Origin: Pecten maximus
Lineage: Eukaryota
DNA length: 64,000 nucleotides
Reading direction: 5' to 3'
Assembly: GCF_902652985.1 (NCBI RefSeq)
Contig: NC_047029.1
Coordinates: forward strand, 13,640,001 to 13,704,000
Shown one piece after another: positions 46,801 through 60,700 of the stretch (positions are counted from its first letter, which is position 1; each line of letters starts with the position of its first letter). Below the pieces are notes generated by a model. The model saw only the letters and a program-made list of their open reading frames with translations, was not told the DNA's origin and did no database searches. Made by a program: the position numbers and the translations under genes.

Positions 46801-49800
46801 ATTTTTGTAAAATAGATAAAGTTTACATAGTTACAACTCTCGGGGTAATACATGAATGTCCAGCCCTTGGCAAACCTCGGGTTATACATTCATGAATCCC
46901 CTTCGGGTTGAGATTTTTTTGTCACTCCCACAAGGCAGGGAACCGCAATTGCCTTGAAAATACTATCAGAAAGCCAGACTCTCGTGACAGAATAACAGCG
47001 ACAATATACCCATATTCCCATCCAGTAAGCATGACGCCAACTGATGAAACATTCGCCCTTAAAAGTGCAGAACCATTCGCCCTTAAAAGTGCAGAACCAG
47101 TATCAACAGCTTAACATTATGGTGTAAACACTGTGCGACATGTCAATCAGAAGTCTGTGTTAAGTTATCAATGCTTTCCGACTTGAGTTGATAGTTAATT
47201 ATATATAGGACATAAGTATTATACGCATGCATAACCCACATACATAAAATTTTAAAATAGACGTCCCGTCAGATTCACCCGATAACGACGCATTGAATAC
47301 ATGTATATTTTGTGGTAATTCATATAATTACATGATTTTTTATATCTGGCAAACTATCTTGTAAAATAAGCAATTATATTTCTTCATTTACTGAAACGAT
47401 AAAATTGTGCTATGATCATGCAATTCATTTTAACAAATTTTATTGTACATTTATACAATAGGATCAGATTCCAGGCTAGGCCTATATAATGATCATGCGA
47501 GAGATCCGAGGAACGACTTTATCTCTCGTTGGTTGATCAGCACATATTAGACTTGCTAAAGTTAATATAATGCAAGAGTATACATTCTTGTTAGGATGGT
47601 TATTTTCAACATGCTTATTGATATTTGATGTCTATTAAACTTGGATATAGAACAATTATACTTTATTTCTATCAATTGAAAAGCTTGGAGTGGAATCGAA
47701 CATAACAGGAAAAGAACTTTGACATTATTTTAATTTTCAAAACGATCCCTGTTTACAAGTTCACATCCATACAATGTAGCTCATTGTTACACCCGACATT
47801 TTGATGGAGATGTCTGTTATCAGAATCTGGAAAATTAAATGTACATATGCAACAGCAAAATGATTAGCACAAATCGAAAAAAATGCATTTTGGCCACGTG
47901 GTATTTCCCGAAAATTGCTTGAGGTCAGTAGAAAGTTCACAAGGGGGATTACAGCAATCCAATCGATGTGGACGGATATGTATTTGGCCAGCGACCATTG
48001 TTATGGATTAACTGTTTATTTTACTTAGTTTAGGAGATAATAATCCTATGGAGCACGAAGTAAATTGTGTAAACGAGAAGCGAATTACTAACAACCTCTA
48101 TATAGATTTAAATAAATCAAAATGTACACCCCTTTATACTATAGGCAAGTGGTCGGTTCCCGCTGACAGGAGTCACTGGTATAGATTATCGTGTTGAATG
48201 GGTTTTGCAACCAGTTAGTTTTTAGATTTTTTCCTTTTAACATTTTAGTTTGATGTGTTTTTCATTCTGAGATTGTCCTACTAATGTTGTTTGGTCCACA
48301 TTGTTGATGGCCCGTAAAACAATATTATACATACATAAGTAGATATGTATTGAAATTATAGAAATGTTTCATTTTGCAATATAGGTCACGTTATATGAAG
48401 AAAACTGCACCAAATATTTTGTTCTATGTTGTTATTTCAAGCTTTACATGTCGTTGTGTTTACTTTTAAGTCCATCTGATAGCCCTAATGACCTTTTCTA
48501 TCTGGCCTATTTTTCAGCTGTGTCTCCTTGACATGTATACTATATAACATTGCCTTTGAAAGGACTTTGTAATCTCGGTCCTCCGTGTGCCGACGAGGAA
48601 AGGTGACACGTCGGGTAAACATGACAGCAAAGGGTTCATGTGCATCAGAATTTCACAATCAGCATTATACATCTTCTCTGCGTGACCCCGTATCCTTTGA
48701 TAAAATGCCTGTATGTTAAACGAACAACCGATATCCTTGCCATATATATCATATAACTTTGGCTGTTGTATTCCCACTTAAGGGATAAGGTGATAAAAGA
48801 TGACACCCGAAATCGTGACGGCCTAAACTGTATGTGCATCCAAGTTACACAATCAGTATTAAATTTCCTCTGCGTGAAAGCCTGACATTATTTGAAACAC
48901 CTGCATGGGATGCAGACAATGCTTGTTCGGGCAGTGAGACGTAAGCATGTATATTAACTGTGAATACCTCACCAACACATTTTTATGTGTCCGCTGATAC
49001 TTTGGGTAATTATTGACAATTAAATGACAAAGCAGATTCGCGTAAAATAAAACATAATTCATTTTAGAATACAAAGCATTATGCAAAAATGATACACATA
49101 CAAGCCCTAACGAAGATTTGCATGGCTAGTGTAGATGTCTTGAAATATTTATATACCTAATCTCATTTTGACGATATATAAGATGTAACAGGATTTTTAT
49201 GTACTAGTTTATTAAAGGAGAGGTTAGTAATTTGATAAGGAACACATATATGAGCAGAGTAAGATTATGCTTTTTGTTGCGTGGGATAAGATGCGACTTA
49301 TTTTGGCTGTTTGCAGAATCAGCGGTAGGTTCTCCATCGTCCGCAACTAAAAAAAAAGGATTTAAACATTTTATGAATCAAATGTCAACAGGGGCCGCGG
49401 TGGCCGAGTGGTTAAGGTGTCCCGACACTTTATCACTAGCCCTCCACCTCTGGGTTGCGAGTTCGAAACCTACGTGGGGCAGTTGCCAGGTACTGACCGT
49501 AGGCCGGTGGTTTTTCTCAGGGTACTCCGGCTTTCCTCCACCTCCAAAACCTTGCACGTCCTTAAATGACCCTGGCTGTTAATAGGACGTTAAAAAAAAC
49601 AAATCAATTTTATGTACTAGTTTATTAAAGGAGAGGTTAGTAATTTGATAAGGAACACATATATGAGCAGAGTAAGATTATGCTTTTTGTTGCGTGGGAT
49701 AAGATGCGACTTATTTTGGCTGTTTGCAGAATCAGCGGTAGGTTCTCCATCGTCCGCAACTAAAACAAATAGGATTTAAACATTTTATGAATCAAATGTC

Positions 49801-52459
49801 AAAAATGGCGTCAAATTTGAAGCTGAATTTAAGTATCAGAGGCAATAGCAACATTTTATAAAATCTGTTAATAAGAAACGATGTTGCTTATATTCAGTGG
49901 ACTTTATGGAATAATATTGTGTATTTGATCTGATTTTTAGCTCTCCTGGTCCGGTGAGCTTATGCCATACCGTAGCGTCCTGCGTCCGTCGTCCGTCCGT
50001 ACGTCAACAATTGACTTAAGAAATAATTAACGATGATTCGTGTATTGTTGCAGGATATACAACGAGGACGAGGATATTTTGCAATTAAATTAATAGCGAA
50101 GGCCGCAGACAATACACGATTCAAAGTTGATTATTTCTATTCTACCATGTACTGTTTAGTTCTGAGATCGCCTCTTTCTAATAGAAAAACAGCAAAGAAA
50201 CCCCGAGAAAACCATGAAATTTATTTCTTGAGTATTGCATTATTTGCTGATGAAATATACAGGCAATACAGTACTACGATCAAGAGCATCTATCATATGG
50301 CATTGATTTTGAAAATTAAAAAAAAAATGATAAAAGAAAAGAAAAAAAAAGAAAAAAAGAAAAAAGGGGAGCCTCCGTAGGATTCGAACTCGCGTCGTGA
50401 TAAAATTTTATTGAAAGACACCCATTGGCCACTCGGCTATAATAACCTTTTATAAAACGGGTGAATATTAGATATATAAAATTGTAACAGCCGTGACTCA
50501 CGAGCGTGTATTATTGGCACGAGCGTTGGTTATTGGAAAATAATACATGGTTTTAAACCAATCAAAACTGGCGTTGCATAGCAAACATGGTAGAATTCTT
50601 CATAACTGCTGATCGGAATTGAACGAAATTTGAGTGGTAGGATCAGTATGGGGTGGGGACTAGAAATTGTACAAATGGTGGGGCTGAGGGGCGGGGCCAA
50701 AAAGAGCCAATTTGGTTTAATTGATATAAACCTACTTCTTCTCTGGAACTAAGCATTAGATATCGCTCATATTTGTCTGGTAACATCCTTATGGGGTAAG
50801 GATTCAAAATTGCACAAATGATGGGCTGATCCCACGGGGGCCTAAGGGTTCGGCCTAAAAGGGGTCATTTTGGCTAAATTGATATAAACGACTTCTCTGA
50901 AACTGAGCAATGGATATCACTCATATTTGACTGGTAGCATTCTTAAATGGTGGGGCAGACCCCCTATGGACCTGATGGTTGGGGCCAAAAGGAGTTATTT
51001 TTTGATTAATTGATATAAACTACTTCTTCTCTAAAACTAAGCAATGGATAACGTTAATATTTGTCTGGTAGCATTGTTAAGGGGTGGGGATTCAAAATTG
51101 TACATTTGGTGAGGCTGATCCCCCGGTGGCTGACGAGTGGGGCCAAAAGGGGCCAATTTGGCTAAATTGATAAAAATATTTAATTATCTGGAAGAAAACG
51201 ATGAATATCAATCATATTTGACTGGTAGCATCCCTATGGATGGGGATTCAAAAAACTATAAATGGTCAAGCTATCCCAAGGGGACTGAGGGGTTAGTCAA
51301 AGGGTTCAATTCGGCTAAAGATATATGTACGCTTTTATCTGTGAAACCATTCAGATCCCCATCCCATAGTCATATATAGCCTTGCTTGGCATCAAGAGAT
51401 TATCGCACAATCATGACGTGAAAATAGGCCCAGGGTTCTTTCACCATCCCAAGGGACTATTAGTTTCATTAAATACAATCATGTTGAATCTTGACTTTGT
51501 TTCTAGGTTCTATCTTTGAAGCAGTTGAGATATCCATACTATAGTTATATATAATCATACCTAAACTATTAAAGCTGTTAGCAAATGGAACATGAACATT
51601 ATTTTGATGTTTTATTTGCTCAAATAAACAAGGTGAGCGATGCAGACACTCTGAGCCTCTTGTTTAGTGCCAAATGTTCCTGTATGTCGAGGAACCAAGC
51701 AAACTACATGTATCTATAACATGGCAACTTGAGTAAGAATATAAGGTAAAATGAATATCTATCTAATATAGTTATTGTCTAGATTTTTGTTGTTAAGGCT
51801 CTGTTAGACAGAAAGTGCTTTATGTGCATCGTTAGTTTTAATATGTTCAAAGATGAGGTATATAAGATTAACCTTCTGATTAGGTAGGCACTTTTCTGAC
51901 ACAAAAAAAGTATTATCTTACCCGCACAGTATAGATGCATGTATCTCACAGGAGTTGAAGCAGCTGCTGAAGACATATTGACCACCACCCGTGATTTCTT
52001 GGAATCAGAGAATGTCTGGAAGAAGCTGGTGTTGAGTAGAATCATCCCAATCAGGTTGATGTCGAAGGCATTCCTCACTTCCACAGAGTCGCACAATTCT
52101 AAAGTTTTCTTCGACAGGCCAATGACAGCAGCACAATTATGCACGATCATGAATTGTTGGAAGTCATTTTCCGATAGCTTGTTTCTCAATAAAATTTCGT
52201 TGAATATGTCATTGAAATACCCTTTCTCTACAATGCCCTGATCATATTGCCGTACCAGAACAGTGACATTTGGTATCTTAGACACTATTTCTGACTTGAC
52301 ATTTTCCAATGCCTGCTCATTCCTTGCCATAAGTACAAAGACAGTATTGGCAGGGAACTTGGCCGCAAACTGTAGTGCTATACATCTTCCTAATCCTTTG
52401 CTGGCGCCGGTTATGGCTACAAATGTCTTCTTAAGGAAAATATTCTGTTGTTGCTCCAT
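40870..52459 (-). CDS. SPR: sepiapterin reductase-like SDR, copy 6 (269 aa); exons 52459-51922, 45395-45243, 40988-40870
   Basis: TGASKGLG, VVNMSS, LYCAG|KAARDMYMRVL, FAPGSSDTDL, FENAVCLESDKIF*. Exon sizes 538/153/119 as in copy 5. An in-frame ATG at 52483 is a possible alternative start. Confidence 0.88.
42270..42410 (+). repeat. 27-bp tandem repeat (5 units)
   Basis: TCTACGTCTAA(C/G)TGACCACCCTGACAA repeated. Confidence 0.95.
42885..43535 (-). mobile_element. HINE-type non-autonomous element fragment
   Basis: Ends in GACAGACGGACGACGGACGCCG (reverse complement of the GTCC microsatellite head) and has internal repeated units (AATTTCAT.AAAATCCATTCAGGC..GACTAGTAGCG). Confidence 0.6.
43822..45103. 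repeat. AGATATCT-phased repeat arms around a unique core; probable non-autonomous DNA element
   Basis: The palindrome AGATATCT recurs every ~21-22 bp at 43822-44358 and 44745-45070, with a unique core between them. Confidence 0.8.
46586..46800 (+). mobile_element. tRNA-derived SINE
   Basis: A box TGGCACAGTGG and B box GGTTCGATTCC, followed by the body CCCGACCACGTGGGTTTTCC..CTCCGGTTTTCTCCCACA. Other copies at 35945 and 60160. Confidence 0.82.
49389..49607 (+). mobile_element. full-length tRNA-derived SINE flanked by ~195-bp direct repeats
   Basis: A box TGGCCGAGTGG, B box GTTCGAAAC and tail AGGACGTTAAAAAAAAC. Near-identical copy at 63519-63721. Confidence 0.9.
49933..51665 (+). mobile_element. 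HINE/Pearl-like Helentron-associated element with internal tandem repeats
   Basis: TTTTTAGCTCTCCTGG..GGTGAGC head, (GTCC)n, tandem units at ~50600-51330, 3' AGGTGAGCGA..CCTCTTGTTT. Contains a nested element at 50022-50596. Confidence 0.8.
50022..50596. mobile_element. nested hairpin + sub-terminal IR element
   Basis: Imperfect hairpin at 50022-50135. ATTCTACCATGT (50139) and ACATGGTAGAAT (50585) are exact reverse complements. Confidence 0.65.
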
Positions 52460-52920
52460 TTCTGCTTCATACACCGCTTGCATACGATAATAATGTTCTT
52501 GGTCACAGCTGAACTAGCAGTACGTAATAAATAAACGAGGACGTGGCTTCATCTCTGTATAAACACAGCAGGTTATGAGTCCTGCTGATCGAATGTCACA
52601 TGTATTTTTACCTCGGCTATAACATCACGTTTGCTTTTAAATATATAATCATAGTTGATACTGGAGTCATATCTTTTGTAAGAATTGTTCTGTTATTATG
52701 TGTTATACCCGTTCAAGGTGATAATTTTACGCTGTTATTGGCATTTATGTCGTAGTTGTACTGAGTTGAATATATGTAATATGTGTACAATTCGCATCCA
52801 TGTACATGTATGTATATACATTTCGATCCAGGTATTCTTATCATCTTATAGACGATTTGTTACAATGAACACGTCTGGGTGGTGGGCCATCAATACGATC
52901 TTTTTTAAAACCGATGATGT

Positions 52921-53081
52921 GGCGAAGTGGTATTGGCTGCGGGTTCTTCGGGCTAGGTGATTAAGTACCGTAGATCGTGAATTCGAGTCCCGGTCAGGTC
53001 ACGAATCAGAAAATTGTCCTCCTTTGTCATTTGTGTTACTAGCCTGTTGTATATCTAGTAATTAGAACAATGTATCATATA
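52921..53081 (+). mobile_element. tRNA-derived SINE flanked by 84-bp direct repeats
   Basis: A box (T)GGCGAAGTGG and B-box-like ATTCGAGTCC. Flanks 52837-52920 and 53082-53165 differ at 3 positions. Confidence 0.75.
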
Positions 53082-54797
53082 CTTATCATCTTATAGACGA
53101 TTTGTTACAATGAACACCTCTGGGTGTTGGGCCATCAATGCGATCTTTTTTAAAACCGATGATGTTCATGTAACGTAGTGAGAATGACCATCCTGATTTT
53201 AATTAGATTGACGTTATGTATTGTTGATCCGAAAGTGGCACCCATTAAGGCGTAATGCATAGTTATGATAAATCAAACAATGCTTACATCAATAAAAATA
53301 TAATAAGAACACGTTAGCAAAAAACAAAAAATAACAAAAACACAAAAAAAAACTACGAAAGCGGGCTGGGACCATTTTCATAGAAGAAAACAATATTTTT
53401 TTCACGATATTACGCGAAACTAACGCGTAATATTTCGAAACTATAACGCGTTATATCGCGAAACTAACGCGTTATATCTACTATATATCTATATAACTAC
53501 TAGTCACAATCGGCTTTCGTACAAAACAATCATAATGCAACAATAATTAACAAAACAGATTGGTATTTCTCTCTATTTACCATGTATTTTTTTTATGAAA
53601 AGACGTTTTTGAAATTAAGTAATTACACAGCGAATTTTTTGTTAGGCCATAGTGTCCAAACGGAACTAAGATGATAGGATCGGTTTAGATGCAATTTTTA
53701 TCAGGCTATCATATCAATAACTCGATACTATTAAGGCTGAAATAAATGCCTCCGATCATGTGATATTTTACATTAACGGTATATCATCAAGTATATACAA
53801 TAAGTTAGTATTTTGGTTTAACATAAAATCATATTTTTCTCACTTTCTGATTTGCTGAAATAGTATCACGTGATTCCCGATAAAAGCTGATAAAAATACT
53901 TGTCGACTGGTTGTTCTTAAACATATTGGTTACTTATTACCTTCACTTGGTATTACTATAAAATCATATCTTTTACAATCTCTGATTGGCTAAAATAGTG
54001 CCACGTGATTCCCGGTAAAACGTCTTAGTGACGGCCGTGAAAAAAAACCCGGTAAAAATGCTGTTTGACTATGTTTCTAAAAATAGATTAATTTTGAATC
54101 ACTTTGTTATTGTCAAACAGCGTAAAATATATTGTATATTATTTGAAACTTGAGAAGGAATAACTTTGATTATTAGAATATTCCATAACCATAAGAATCA
54201 GTGTAATGAATGCATTTTAATGAAATAATTTACTTTTGATTGTGTCGTCTTTAAAATATATAATGAATTATTTACAAATGTTTCACAAATCGATCCCTAT
54301 CATTGCATATACAAGTGTAACTTGCATTCACTGCATAAAAATTAAATATCAAAAGTCATTTAATAATATAACCATTACACCTTTTTATTTCGGTTAATAT
54401 ATGGTTTTTTAATCAGGAAAAAAACGTCGACCTCGGTTGATATACATTTTTTTCAGGTTAATAAAATCATGTAGCGACCTTATCAAAAGGCTATAACTAA
54501 ATAGTACTATCCTGATATGTAAATATCCTGCATAAAGTCGAAAGTAATCTATGATGAATTCAGAACTTATATCACACTCTATTATTACAGTTCTTGAAGT
54601 AGTTCTTTAACTTTAGCAATCGCCATGAATGCCACAACAAACATATATATTTGACAGGAAATGATACCGTCATCCCTGTTCTGCCACGTGAAAGGATTGG
54701 AGAAGCCAGGGACTGCTAACCAGACCAACTTACTATTATAAGTGATGCTGCCATTTTAGGTAATAGACTTTGTCCCAAATAGACACGTAACTAATGT

Positions 54798-57700
54798 TTA
54801 TAAAATGTTCATGCTGTAAGACTCAGGATCGTTAAGGATGGCCATGAAGTCACGACGTAACTCCTGAGACGAGCTATATCCCACTGGAAGCTCCAGCGTA
54901 TTGCCACATGTGTGGGCAACAGGATGCATACGCAGACCTTCCGTTCGGCTAAAGACAACATTAATAGATCTTTCCAGTGGGAGGACGTCTGAACCTGTGA
55001 CAAATAACAAGAAGTGTGCAAGGTCCTCTGGATTCAAACTAGATATGAAATCAGTCAAGAAATAAAATGCTTGATTTTCTTCTTCCCGTATATATTGTTC
55101 GCTTGCCACCAACAGGTCTATGACTTTTGGAGGCGTAGGTTCCAGCTTTCTGTAAATATGGTTTAACTCCTCCATGGTCAATCGATTCCAAAAGATTTCC
55201 AAGTGTTCACGTGGTATTCCAGATTTCATCCATGTTGTGAACATCATGCCTTTAGCACATAACTCTTTTCCTCCCAGGTTCACAACATTTTGTCGAAATG
55301 TTTCCTTTCTGGGTTGAACACCAAGAGAATATCGAGTAAACATATCCATCAGTGTGTTGACCTCTCTTTCTGTTAGGTTGTCAAAATCAGTTAATCCTCT
55401 TCTAGTCAGCATTCTCTCGTTTGGTGTGAGGAACAGTAAGACATCCTTCAGAATAGATTCTTCATCTTCAGTTACATTACTGTTGATCATTGTAAACAGC
55501 ATACACCTAAAATAAAGGAATAACAAGGAATTGATGTATGACATGCATTTTAAATTGTTCTTATCTTGAAAATATTATTCATTTAGACAAATATATTGTT
55601 TGTTCTAGACAGCACTGCTGTTTTGTTGGGATCATATGCATGCAATATTGTGTATTTTTTCTCAATCTTTGTGTATTTTTGTCCTTCTGTACCTATTTCC
55701 CAGTTAATATTGTGCCCGATATCTTGTGTGTATTATATCAATCCGTTCAAGAGCACGGAATAAGTTTTGCAATCGTTAAGTATGAGAACAATATAAAGAG
55801 AATAGTAGGCTTGGTTCTTATTTCAGGATTTGATCCTAAAAAACAAAACGTGATGTATTTTGAAAATATGAAATCATCTTACAAACTCAATCACGGAAAG
55901 GCCTTTAAATGTCTCGCTTATAAATCATATACAGTGGAACTTCGTTAACTCGAAGTCGACGGGACCACGAAAAAACTTCGAGTTATCCGAGTGTTCGAAT
56001 TAAGCGAGTTATCGTTTTTGGTGAAAAGTTTGGTCAATATTTGTCAACATTATATAATCATAATAACTTCGCTCCGTCGCTCACCAGATCAGTGTAAAGA
56101 CTGGTCAATACATGTAAATATATATGTAATGTTTCGTTATGTCACTTGTAATTTGGTGTAGTTTTGCCGATATACAGTCACGATAAAGTTTCTTTCACTT
56201 AGTCACTTCAATAACGATCTGATGAGCAAGTCATGTTTGCAAAAGGTAAACGATAAAACGGAATTCGACAAAATAACAAGTTATTTATGTCAAAGCAAAT
56301 AACCGTTTAAGTTTAACACAGATTGCATACAAAACGTAACAGAACCATTACCTTTTATTGGACATATATAAAATACTGTTTGATCGGCCTACTTACTTTT
56401 AATTGATAACCACGCCATTTCCATGTGTATTAGCACCGGAAGTTGGGCTGCGCATGTGCGTATAAAATGTTACTGTAACTGAGTTGACGTTTTATCCGAT
56501 TTAATAGACAGCACTGACCGTTACAGTTGTACTCTGAACACCTCGGCAGTAATTACGCTATTGTTTCAACAGTTTAAAGATTTAATAGGCACCGGTGACT
56601 GTGTCATTTCTACACCTGTAAAAACATCAGCCGGGTAGATATACCGGTGTGTCAGAGATTAGTTCCGCTTGAGCGAACGGGTAGATGAGTTGTTGACTAT
56701 CGTGTGTACTGATATCGGCGACCGTCTTGGGAAATTACCTGATGTAAGTAAAGCAGTACTTTTTATCACCAAGACTTGTTGTTATAAGATTCAACCGACA
56801 ATTTCTTTTATGAATTTATGAAACACTTATAATAGCATGTAGGTTAGTAGTGCCGATATGTTCAGTATTACAAACGGAATTTAGCTCTTAAAAAATGTCG
56901 GCGTTTGCCACCGATCGACGAAAATTATACTTCGAGTTATTCGAACATTTCAAGTAGGATTTTTATTGTTGGGACCAAATTTTTACTTCGTATTATCCGA
57001 GTTTTTCGAGTTATCCGAATTCGAATTATCCGAGTTTTTTTTACAAAGATAAAGAGAGAATTCGGCCGGGACCGGCGAGGTACTTCGAGTTAAGCGGGGT
57101 ATTCGAGTTATCCGAGTTCGAGTTAACGAAATTCCACTGTATATGTAATTTTACTTACATATGGAAATATGGAACACAAAAGTGCAATGTTTGACAATGT
57201 GGCAGTGTCGATTTTCGTTTTTGTATGTATATCATAATGGTTACCTAGAGAGCCGGATAGGGAAGGTTCCGGTCAGAGCCACACCATGACTAAGAATCCG
57301 CCCTAGAATAGGGTAAACAGTCTGAGCCTCTGCAAATCTACTGACTGGCATGAATGGAACAAGAGAGTTCTCTCCCTTGAAATATTCTTTGAACGCTTTG
57401 TCCCAAAAGGTAGAGAATGCATCCTTTGTCAGGCCACCTGTGTCCAAACCCATTTCACCTTCAAATCTTACATTCAACCGTTTTCTTACTATCGACTCGT
57501 CCTTATATATATCCATGAAACTTTCGAGGATAGTCTGTCGGTTCAAGTCAACTTGTTTAACTTCCTCACCTAGTGTTCCTTCTAGATTCGCCATACCTGA
57601 AACCGGTATTTAATATTGATTACACGAGGAAATAAAGTTTAGCATGGTAACAATTCATTGGTGATGACCACGTTAGAGTCGCGGATATGAAAACTCTTTT

Positions 57701-60700
57701 CTATACCGTGGATTCGAAAGTACTATTTAGCTATTTGAAAGACATCGATCTATTCTATAGGCTTTTAATCCTTACTCACTTTGGCGTTATATATATCACA
57801 AAGTTCACATCATACATTCCTCATTTTTTGTTTGTTTGTTATTTTAACCCCGTTTTTTATTTTAATGATGTAAATATGCAATAAGAATGCTTTTAAAAAT
57901 AGCATAAATCAAATAAAATGGTAATTTTTCATGCAAGTTCATGATAAAGGGAAACGAATCAAAACGTTAAGAGCCTGTATGCTCTTACTAACAGAATGTA
58001 ACAGGGTTCTGCACATCAACTTTAAGTTATGCGAGTATAATACATTTTCGTCAAGATATTGTCAACGGTTTAGAAATTATGGCTATGTCAAGAAATTATC
58101 AGAAGAACTAGAACCAGAAAACGAGACATAATTCTAAACACTATTAATTTAATCAGTTTCTATTAGTACATCACTGCCTTAATACTAAATTAACCGCTCA
58201 ATTCATTTTGTTGCTAGATGTCGGTAGTCTCGGCTTCATATGTGAGTTGATTGGTTAATTTATGTCATATCGAAAGAAACATTCTTGGTGCATTTAATCA
58301 CGCTCCCAACGCCGGAATTTCTTGATTAGGGTCAAACTTGACAAAAAAACCAAGCCTATTGATGACTCCTCGGGTGATGACACCGTTTATGGAAACGATC
58401 AAGCCTTCCCTTGACAGAGAGTCCGGTACCTTTTATGTACACAAAATATAGAAATCCCATACGTCTTCTTGTAGTATATTACATTATTATTATGATATGC
58501 ATAAGAAAATGAAAAAATAAATGTAAACTATAATTGGTAGTACAAACAGGCTTCACATTTGTTAAAACAAAAATTAATAAATTGGTTCCGGATTTTAAAT
58601 TTCCGGATTTTCCGAAAGTGTGTTTACACAGGAAATTTAGTTTTGCCTACAGCGAAAAATGGAAGCCTATGGAAAAGGTAAGATAGCAGAAAAACTTAAT
58701 TTACAACATATGTCAAAACAAGATTAATTCTGTCTTTGGGATGGAGATATTTAATTTCAAATAGGTTTCAATAGGTTAAATATCATAATATTTTGCAATT
58801 TTTGAGCATTTTTAATGCTGTTACCATGGTATTCACAGCTCTAAAAATCACAGAATATATAAGTTTACTTATCCTTCATAGCTGTATTAAAATTGCAAAT
58901 GTTGTACAGATTACAAATATATACACTTTATTAGAGGTAATATGTAGGGTTAACTGGCAATGTTTACATATCTAAAACATGTGCCATATTTTTCAGAATT
59001 GGGCATTTTTATTGTACTCTGCTACCTAAAACAAAATAATTAATTAATTTTTTTTTTTTTTTTAAATGTTATTTGGCTGAGGTCGTAAACATCTTATTGC
59101 TTAAAAGCGGATGCCATCGGGAGTCTTTTTGACAAAAAAGATAAACGTTTGCCTTATTTGATCGTTTAATACGGGCAAAAACTCTCGGCGAACCACGTTT
59201 CGATGCGTGTTTACAGTTCGTCCAACTTTGCAGGGGTTTGCAGTTGTTTAGGAAACAGCATGTGATACATGTTGTAATATAAATTTTAACTATTTCTTAG
59301 ACTTTGTACTTGTTTCAGTCAGATTGTTCTTATGAATAAGTGATTTTGGTGCTTAAAGTGTACTTCTGTCTTCTTTGATTCTGATGGCCCGCCATCTTTA
59401 AAAGATCATTCCCTGTCGGGTACACGACAGTGATCATCGTCTGCTACGACCTCAGCCTTATAGATTTATTGACATATTGCTTCACGCTTACCAGGTGCGC
59501 ACGTGCACCTTTCGGGTCAGCTCGAGTTATCGTGAATGCAGGAAGAGTTTCATTCGACTTTTTGTACCCATGATATTTGCCTACCGATTAAGTTTCGTGC
59601 TTTTTTATTACTATATAACTATATAAATTAAAACGAGCGATATTTTTGTGAAGATCCTTAGATCCTAAGCGTTTAAGGTTTTTACCTTCACCTCCATTGA
59701 CTCCCTGATCATGTCCTCTCGGTCCAGCATCTGCACCAGGAGCTGGAATAAGAATATACACGCAAGCATGTAATGCGTGAGAAGGAATGAAAGCAAATTG
59801 AAGCGGATACATCCGAGGAACGTTATGTTAGAGAATTCGTCCCTTAAATCGCAATCATAAGCAAGATGCTTGGTCACCGGAGATATACTATGCCCTTACT
59901 ACTAACCTATTAAATACTTTGTATCATCATGAATCAATATCGATGTTGGAATGGCCTCTCTAAGAAGGGTTTGAGTAACAATCTGTTCTGGTCACGATCC
60001 CACGTTTAAATAGATCAATTTTTGATATTTGCGTCCAGAAGAACTAAACATATTTATTTATTTCCAATACTTATTAATCTCTGTAACGTAGATGTAGACT
60101 TTATTTCTGTTACAGCAATTGCGAAACAAGTTGCATTAACTTATTAATCACGCTTGTTGGCCCGGATGGAAGCGCTCATGGGGGAAAACCTACGTAGTCG
60201 GACAGGTGACCACATACCTTTTCACGTCCGATCGGGTATTAATCGAACTCCAACTGCCTAGGTGAAAAGAAAATGTGTAACGACTGTGTCACTCGGCCAC
60301 CCAATGATATTAACAAATAATACCGCCATGTCTTAAACATAACATAGATTTAGTGTTTCAGGTATGTGAGGTCAATGTCTAAGAACCTAAATAATTACCA
60401 ACTCTCTTGTTTTATATAGGTAAAGGCTTGCGGGACGGTATCTTAATACAATGCAGTTATTAAAAATGTGATTTAAGCATGCCTACCTCCTAAATGGGCA
60501 TCTCCTTGGAAGTCTATCTCAGCTGCATCAGGCAAGTAATTATCTAAAATGTAAGTAACACGCCCTGTAGCTAGTTAGATAAAGTGGTGATGTTGAACAA
60601 TCGACCATGGTGAAATGTTCGGAACAAGTAATACAACATTTGATTGTAAATTTACATCCCATTGTTTTAATATATTATTGTTTTATAACAATCCGAACTT

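Noticed and set aside
56205-56250. Hammerhead-ribozyme-like CTGATGA-GCAAG..TTTGC-AAAA
   Set aside because: The essential GAAA is AAAA and stem I cannot form. No convincing hammerhead was found near the Penelope relics either.
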